Below are positions 57,930 through 64,000 of a stretch of 64,000 nucleotides of DNA, piece after piece (position 1 is the first letter of the stretch; each line of letters starts with the position of its first letter). Made by a program: the position numbers and the translations under genes. A model generated the notes under the pieces. It worked only from the letters and a program-made list of their open reading frames with translations. It was not told the origin of the DNA and searched no databases. The DNA comes from a virus: positions 1 through 64,000 of the IMG/VR virus record IMGVR_UViG_3300033153_007754, one strand, 5' to 3'.

Positions 57930-58305
57930 AAAAAGTATGATAATCATACTAATCACTTCTCTTGTTGTGGCTTTTAGTATAAGCTTGCATAATAGCATCA
58001 ATCTTCTTTCAAAGAATGTGGTGATGGTTGAGTATAAAAAATGTAAAAGTACATTAAAACTCACAAGTGATAGTATAATACATAAAAATGGTTACTATAT
58101 TGATACACCTTTGATTGGTGGTGACCCATTTAAGAAAAAAACTTGTCAATATAAGGTGGTAGACATAAAGGATGCTTATTTAAAATACACCAAAAATTGT
58201 TATAGTGGCAAAAAGAATTTGAATGAAGACTTTATTACTAAGATTGGTAGTGAAAAAATCAATAATTTTAAATCAAAAAAACTTAGATGTTTTACATGGG
58301 AATAG
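57916..58305 (+). CDS. membrane-anchored/secreted hypothetical protein
   Basis: MKKIKK followed by hydrophobic helix. Confidence 0.6.
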   Translation: MKKIKKSMIIILITSLVVAFSISLHNSINLLSKNVVMVEYKKCKSTLKLTSDSIIHKNGYYIDTPLIGGDPFKKKTCQYKVVDIKDAYLKYTKNCYSGKKNLNEDFITKIGSEKINNFKSKKLRCFTWE

Positions 58306-58314
58306 GAGTAAATA

Positions 58315-58695
58315 ATGAAATATAATTTACAAAACAATACATTTATAATAATAATAATGCAGGTTATTCTTTACTTTGGTTTTATAAAAGGTGTTTTATT
58401 ATTCCAAACAGTTTTTGTCGGGTTTTATTTAATTGGTGCAATCTCATTTATTTTATTGAAAATATTGAAAGGTGAGGGTTACAAGAATCTTGAAGATGAT
58501 ATTAGTCATTATCTTAAGTTGCCAAAATATCAACAATACATTATTAATATTTCAGAAACATTATCACGATTATTGGTGATTTATGTTTTAATAACACAAC
58601 AACAATACCTAGTTCTTGCATTATATATTGTTAGTGATTTTGGTTCTATATTACTTAAACATAAAATATTATCAAAAATAAGGAGTGAAAAATGA
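58315..58695 (+). CDS. multi-TM membrane protein
   Basis: Hydrophobic; paralogous to next gene (Y.GF..G..LF..VF.G...LP.Y...IINI). Confidence 0.65.
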   Translation: MKYNLQNNTFIIIIMQVILYFGFIKGVLLFQTVFVGFYLIGAISFILLKILKGEGYKNLEDDISHYLKLPKYQQYIINISETLSRLLVIYVLITQQQYLVLALYIVSDFGSILLKHKILSKIRSEK

Positions 58696-59087
58696 CATAT
58701 AATGTATTATATAATTTAACAATGCTTTTAGTCTTTTATATTGGGTTTGTGGCTGGTAGTGTATTATTTGAAATAGTATTCACAGGTTATTTTATTTTTT
58801 TATTTATTACAATACTAGCTGCAATGTTATTTGGAACTGATAAGGATTATAAAAGTATTTACCGTGATGTTAAGAAAAGAACTCAATTACCATTATATAA
58901 GAAATTGATTATAAATATTGTGTTTATTAGTGTAAATATTTACATGTTTGGTGTTCTATTTTTTAATGGGTATTACTTTCCACTTTTGATTATGATTCTA
59001 ACTTACTTATTGGTTCTTAAGTTACATGAGATAGGTAAAAGGCTTTGTCTTTGTGGTGGTGATGGTGGTGATGATTGTGGTGATTGA
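58692..59087 (+). CDS. multi-TM membrane protein (tandem paralog)
   Basis: Same pattern as previous gene. Confidence 0.65.
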   Translation: MTYNVLYNLTMLLVFYIGFVAGSVLFEIVFTGYFIFLFITILAAMLFGTDKDYKSIYRDVKKRTQLPLYKKLIINIVFISVNIYMFGVLFFNGYYFPLLIMILTYLLVLKLHEIGKRLCLCGGDGGDDCGD

Positions 59088-59089
59088 TT

Positions 59090-59392
59090 TTATTTTTTTA
59101 GCAAGGTTTTCATGAAAAGTTTCACCTCCTCCCCATCTGTTGGGTATTTATCTAGTGATTTTTCTACAATAATACGTACAGCATTATAAAATTTTTCATT
59201 ATCAATTCCTTCAATTCCGTATATCTCTTTTCCAGAAAAAGTAAGAATCCTAACACTGCCTTCTGTTATTTGTAAAAAGCAATCTTTACCACTTGGAAGC
59301 GGCAAAGGTTTATAAACAAAGACACTCGATTTAGTGTCTAATCTTTCATTCAACCTTTCAATTATATCTTTTTTTAATAGTGGTTTACTCAT
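59090..59392 (-). CDS. hypothetical early protein
   Basis: Preceded by the repeated cassette. Confidence 0.7.
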   Translation of the reverse strand: MSKPLLKKDIIERLNERLDTKSSVFVYKPLPLPSGKDCFLQITEGSVRILTFSGKEIYGIEGIDNEKFYNAVRIIVEKSLDKYPTDGEEVKLFMKTLLKK

Positions 59393-59460
59393 CTTATCCT
59401 CCCAGACTATGGCTTAATTACCATCTATTTAGAGTATACTTATTTTTCTGGATTTGTCAA
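59393..59460 (-). promoter_or_regulatory. repeated early promoter/hairpin/RBS cassette
   Basis: Reverse complement: TTGACAAATCC..TATACTCTAAATAGATGGTAATTAAGCCATAGTCTGGGAGGATAAG. Confidence 0.85.
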
Positions 59461-59510
59461 GTGTTTCATTGTTTTTTTTTTAATATTATTTTGATATGTT
59501 TTTATGGGGA

Positions 59511-61817
59511 TTAAGTAATTAATTCCAAGTTCATTGTAATGTTTTTACTAGAATTGTTTTTTATCTTAACGTTTGTGTCATTAACATATATATCAATATT
59601 ATCATTTTTATCTATTAATTTATCATAAGCAATTTCACTAACTATTAATTTTAGTTCTTTGAATACTGGTGTTATATCGACATCAGATGTTTGTAATTGG
59701 ATTTGATAACTAAATCCTTTAATACCTGCTTGTGATTTAACCACATTTAACAAAGATTCTTTTGCTCCTGAAAATGGTGTCTGTGTTCCGGTACCAGTTC
59801 CACCATTAACGATGTTTGTAGTATTTAAATCAGCTGCTATCCCCGCATAATTTGGTACTGTTATTGTTATTTCTGAAACCCCGTTTGTTATTTCAGCATA
59901 GACTTGATTGTTATAGTCTGATGTTTTAGAATTTGCATTAATATTGGCAACTATTTTTTGGGCTGTTAGATTTAAATCTGTATCAAATGTTATATCACCA
60001 CTCATAATTGAATCGCCATCAATTTCTAAATTCCATGTACCTGAACCACCTGTTAATTCATACTTTCCAACAGCATCAATTCCTTTTATATTATCATATA
60101 AAGTTGAATCACAAGCTAATATACCGTCATACGGGGATGGTAAATCAGAAGCCCCATCATTTGCTAAAAATTTAATATCCAATGTTTCACCTGAATCACT
60201 TGCGACCGTTTGTACATCAGTGATTTCATCCCAAGAATCAACTTTTACTAATATGTTTTTTGTTCCAGTACCAGCAGATGTAGAAAATGTTGGTGACAAA
60301 CTTGCTATAATACAGGGAATATCTACTTCTAAAGCAGTACCTGAATCGGCTGTGAAAATATTCTTTACGCCAACACCACTTGCACTTATTCCAGTTGCAT
60401 CAATAACTACTCTCTGTGTCTTATCCACTGTTGCACCATTTGTGCCACCAAAATAAAATAATTCAATATATAATTCACCTGTATTTTCACCCCATGTTTG
60501 TAAAACTGATATATAATGTTGCCGAACTTGTAATTGTTCAGAGTGTAATAAATTATATGTGCTATCATTAACAATATGGTATAAATAATACCAACCATCC
60601 TGGAAGGTTATACTCATATACTTCCGACCATTCCAATCAATTGCAATAGCTTTTGCGCCCATTGTTCCAACTCCACTTGAAACTAAATGCACATCACCGG
60701 CAACATCCATATATCTTATATTTTGGTCTATACTTATTAAATATGAACCATCATCAAATCCGTAAATCCTAGTTAACATATTATAAGTACCAGCCCCCAT
60801 AAAACCGGTAATGAATACCAATTCTTTATTTGGTTTATATTCATAAATAGAATAGTCGGCGTCCTTTAATGTTATAAATATTCTATCATTTATATAGTTT
60901 ATGCTTGTAATTATTCGATTACTCACAAGGGGATTATTGATATATTCAATTAATTTCCCAGTATAAAAATTAAATTCAGCAAATACTGTTCCAAGCGAAT
61001 CATTTCTAGCAATTAGACCAATTCCGGTGTCTTCGTCATAGTCACCGATAATGGTTAGTCGACCCCTAACACTTGCGCTGGTTGCACCTTGTATATAGTA
61101 GCAAATAACACCTCTATCCCCAAATATTTCACCCAAATTATATTGATATAATACACTCCTATTTGTTATGTCGAATAACATTAATTCAGGGAAAGCATTT
61201 GTGATATTTTGTCCTGATACTATCGCAAAACTCGATATCATCATTATTTGTTTTTCGGGTAATTCATAAGCTCCACGATATTGTGCATCGGCCGGCATAT
61301 TATAAGTATTTAGTGGGTTTGTGACTTTAGTCGAATCACTTTCACTCAAAACAGGGTTACTAAAATAAGTTGTGCTACTTGAATTGGGTGTAGCCATAAA
61401 AACTGGTTTGACATTTACAGTATTACACAAGTCATATGTTAAATTCTTTATTGCATTACTTTCAGTTTTTTCTGATGTGAGTTTTTTATTTGCATATGTG
61501 GAATTTGAGAGTGACATATTTGATGCATCTAAAGATATTTCACTCAATGCACTGGTTTTATATGCACTAACTTGTTTTGGTTTTACACCAAGAACATGAG
61601 GGAATTCAATAGCTTGATTTGGTTGAATTGTTAAGTTAGTTAATGTTTCTTGTGTTACCCCTGAAACCCCTGAGACCAAAGAAGTTGGGTTTCCACCTAA
61701 TGTAATTCCATCCCCAATAAAAAGCCTCTTGGTGTCTGTTGTCCAGAATGGACGACCATCTTCTAATAATAGTGTCTGTCTCACTACATCAGTTCCTTTT
61801 TTTAAAATTAAACTCAT
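59511..61817 (-). CDS. tail fibre / receptor-binding protein
   Basis: N-terminal DG.P.WTTDTKRLFIGDG.T.GG fibre-attachment motif; beta-rich body. Confidence 0.7.
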   Translation of the reverse strand: MSLILKKGTDVVRQTLLLEDGRPFWTTDTKRLFIGDGITLGGNPTSLVSGVSGVTQETLTNLTIQPNQAIEFPHVLGVKPKQVSAYKTSALSEISLDASNMSLSNSTYANKKLTSEKTESNAIKNLTYDLCNTVNVKPVFMATPNSSSTTYFSNPVLSESDSTKVTNPLNTYNMPADAQYRGAYELPEKQIMMISSFAIVSGQNITNAFPELMLFDITNRSVLYQYNLGEIFGDRGVICYYIQGATSASVRGRLTIIGDYDEDTGIGLIARNDSLGTVFAEFNFYTGKLIEYINNPLVSNRIITSINYINDRIFITLKDADYSIYEYKPNKELVFITGFMGAGTYNMLTRIYGFDDGSYLISIDQNIRYMDVAGDVHLVSSGVGTMGAKAIAIDWNGRKYMSITFQDGWYYLYHIVNDSTYNLLHSEQLQVRQHYISVLQTWGENTGELYIELFYFGGTNGATVDKTQRVVIDATGISASGVGVKNIFTADSGTALEVDIPCIIASLSPTFSTSAGTGTKNILVKVDSWDEITDVQTVASDSGETLDIKFLANDGASDLPSPYDGILACDSTLYDNIKGIDAVGKYELTGGSGTWNLEIDGDSIMSGDITFDTDLNLTAQKIVANINANSKTSDYNNQVYAEITNGVSEITITVPNYAGIAADLNTTNIVNGGTGTGTQTPFSGAKESLLNVVKSQAGIKGFSYQIQLQTSDVDITPVFKELKLIVSEIAYDKLIDKNDNIDIYVNDTNVKIKNNSSKNITMNLELIT

Positions 61818-61828
61818 TTTTATTACCC

Positions 61829-62071
61829 CTATTTGTTTTTTAATCTATCAACTAATTCAAAAAAACTTGCATTATTAATATCATTTTCTTCTTTAGTTGT
61901 TAACACTGTTTTATATGTTTTCGTTTTTCTAATAATAGTTTTTGTCTTTTTTAATTTTGTTTTAAGTATATCACCTTTTTTTATAGTACTTTGTTTTACA
62001 AATAATTTCAAAATAAATTCCAAAATGAATAATAGACTAACAACACTTAAAATCTTATATAGTTTTTTCAT
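61829..62071 (-). CDS. small membrane protein
   Basis: N-terminal TM helix, basic tail. Confidence 0.55.
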   Translation of the reverse strand: MKKLYKILSVVSLLFILEFILKLFVKQSTIKKGDILKTKLKKTKTIIRKTKTYKTVLTTKEENDINNASFFELVDRLKNK

Positions 62072-62080
62072 TTTAACCCC

Positions 62081-63073
62081 TTAAAAATCATTAAAATCAA
62101 TATTCTCACCACCATCAATATTATCATCAATTTGGTTAGATTCAGATTCGTATTCGATAACATTAAAATCGAAAATAACCATATTATCATTAAACGCAAA
62201 TGGTGTTGATGGTGGTGATGCAATATATTGTAATACCCCATCATACCCATATTCTAAATATGCGATATATAAATCTTCATCTTCAATCTTACTTAATTGA
62301 ACATGTTTTAATTCATCCAAATAATAATCCATTAATGTATAATGATTCTCTTCTAGTGTTACATTTTCATAATCTGGGTATATTTGTAGATTACTATCCA
62401 GTTGTGTATGTATCACACTTTGTGGTGTTATGTTAATAGAAAGACTATCAATTAATATGAATTTTAACATTAAAAAAATTACACCTAATGGTTTCAAATA
62501 ATTTAATAAACTAATTAAATCTTTTAATGTGTAATCACTATTAATATCTAGGTTTTCTATTAGAAAGATATTAGGTATTTTATTGTAAATAGCCTTGTCA
62601 TAGACTAAAAAACCATCTTGTGAATAAACACTCGACTCAAAACCCAAAGTAGTTAATAAGGCGACATCTTCGATGTTATCATAATACAATTCTTTAATGT
62701 TTATATTACTTACAAGAGTTGTCCAAAAATTAATTCCATATGTACTCCCTTTTGTGTTGAAAATTCTTTTACTAAACAGTACAAATTTCTGCCAAGTCAT
62801 ATTTTTATCTACTATACTTTTTAGTTCAACAGGTATTAAATTTTCATATAAGTTTTTATCTGGATTTTTATCAATATCTATAAATTTTTTAATGTTTTCT
62901 ATGAAATAAATTGGGTTTATTTTATCATTCAGATAATTTTCATCCTGCATACTATCAAGATAAAATGTAAAAAAATCTAATAAGTTTTTTCCATTATTAT
63001 TTATATTATTATTAAAGAAATTTTCTATCTGAGTGGATACCCACTTCTTGTTTTCACCACTATCATATAACAT
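62081..63073 (-). CDS. putative baseplate wedge protein
   Basis: F..FY, KRIFNTKGS..GI, LKPLG pattern; follows gp6-like gene. Confidence 0.5.
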   Translation of the reverse strand: MLYDSGENKKWVSTQIENFFNNNINNNGKNLLDFFTFYLDSMQDENYLNDKINPIYFIENIKKFIDIDKNPDKNLYENLIPVELKSIVDKNMTWQKFVLFSKRIFNTKGSTYGINFWTTLVSNINIKELYYDNIEDVALLTTLGFESSVYSQDGFLVYDKAIYNKIPNIFLIENLDINSDYTLKDLISLLNYLKPLGVIFLMLKFILIDSLSINITPQSVIHTQLDSNLQIYPDYENVTLEENHYTLMDYYLDELKHVQLSKIEDEDLYIAYLEYGYDGVLQYIASPPSTPFAFNDNMVIFDFNVIEYESESNQIDDNIDGGENIDFNDF

Positions 63074-63119
63074 ACACTTCCTTTAATTATCCATTATCAT
63101 AACACATATAAGATATTTA

Positions 63120-64000
63120 TCAAATTTCAATTAAAGTGATGTTAGAATCGATATTATTTACATTCAATATGGGTTTTGGTTCAAAACCTTGGAAAGTTGG
63201 ATTACTATCAGTTACATCTATAGATATATTAAAACTATCTCTTGTAACTACACTGATATCATTAAAGTTTATGTGATATGTTGTTTTACCATATGTACTA
63301 CCAACAACTTCAGTAAAAGTTATTAAATTGGTGTATTGTGGGATTAACCCATCTATTATAACAGTATTTCTAATATAAAAAGATGAACCAAAAGTCGTTA
63401 CTTCTAAATTGCTATTATTAATGGTTGTTGTTATACCATTGTATGTAATATTTACATCATAATTATCTAATAAATTTAATGCATCACTACCAATATAGTT
63501 AACAAAACTTTTTGTGTCATCATAATCACTATCTATTGTTAAACCAAAACCAACAGAATCAATTTTGAAATCAACCATTCCATTTATGTTTTCTTGCACA
63601 ATATACATTTGTAAAATACTTTTATTAATATACGAAATATTATTATTATTTATGTTGCTTAGTAAAATATTATTGATGTTATTTTTTAATGGTGTAGGGT
63701 AATTACCAACAACATTTTTATTCAGGTAAGAGCTATATTTAATTAATAAATTATTATATTGTATATCATTAAAAACTATGTTAATACCAAATCTTGCTTT
63801 TTTATTAATTATATCAATTTCATTTACATAATTATCATAATTCATTCGTTCTACTACACCCGAATCAGATACTTTATACAAAGATACATAAACCATCCCT
63901 GCATTAGCGTTTGCAATGGGTAAATCATTAGAATCTAATACATTATATTGCCAATTTGGAAATAAATATTCAATAAAAGTATTTAAATCCGATTTTGTTA
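63120..64000 (-). CDS. baseplate wedge subunit (gp6-like), 5'-truncated by window edge
   Basis: Frame is open to the window end: TKSDLNTFIEYLF..P..G.VYVSL resembles gp6 VT..DY..GKV.I. Confidence 0.5.
   Translation of the reverse strand, partial: TKSDLNTFIEYLFPNWQYNVLDSNDLPIANANAGMVYVSLYKVSDSGVVERMNYDNYVNEIDIINKKARFGINIVFNDIQYNNLLIKYSSYLNKNVVGNYPTPLKNNINNILLSNINNNNISYINKSILQMYIVQENINGMVDFKIDSVGFGLTIDSDYDDTKSFVNYIGSDALNLLDNYDVNITYNGITTTINNSNLEVTTFGSSFYIRNTVIIDGLIPQYTNLITFTEVVGSTYGKTTYHINFNDISVVTRDSFNISIDVTDSNPTFQGFEPKPILNVNNIDSNITLIEI

Noticed and set aside
1-64000. tRNA or rRNA genes
   Set aside because: No cloverleaf or T-loop (GTTCRA) context found in the short intergenic regions by eye

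Overview
Very AT-rich segment of a large T4-like (myovirus/jumbo-type) bacteriophage genome. It uses the standard genetic code, Shine-Dalgarno sites and sigma70-type early promoters. T4-core homologues are scattered and unsyntenic: RNase H, gp62 clamp-loader small subunit, gp55 late sigma factor, gp21 prohead protease, gp4 head completion, and gp6/gp15/gp25/gp26/gp53/tube-like baseplate genes, plus fibre proteins, an amidase and a lytic transglycosylase. The main anomaly is an expansion of 23 MORN-variant (YwqK-antitoxin-like) repeat genes between 2.5 and 25.6 kb (22 intact, 1 with an in-frame TAA); 14 of them are consecutive (15.4-25.6 kb). They lack signal peptides, are built from a 24-aa module, share identical DNA patches, and are interleaved with other defence-related folds (NADAR/gp30.3-like, two DUF262, SLOG-like, RlmN-like radical SAM). 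A dispersed promoter + hairpin + RBS cassette, resembling T4 PeSL elements, precedes at least 7 unrelated accessory genes. The window also holds a non-autonomous IS607-type element (internally deleted tnpA, intact tnpB), three DNA methyltransferases, ThyX, RdgB and a guanylate-kinase-like gene. All family assignments come from motif recognition by eye; no database searches were run.
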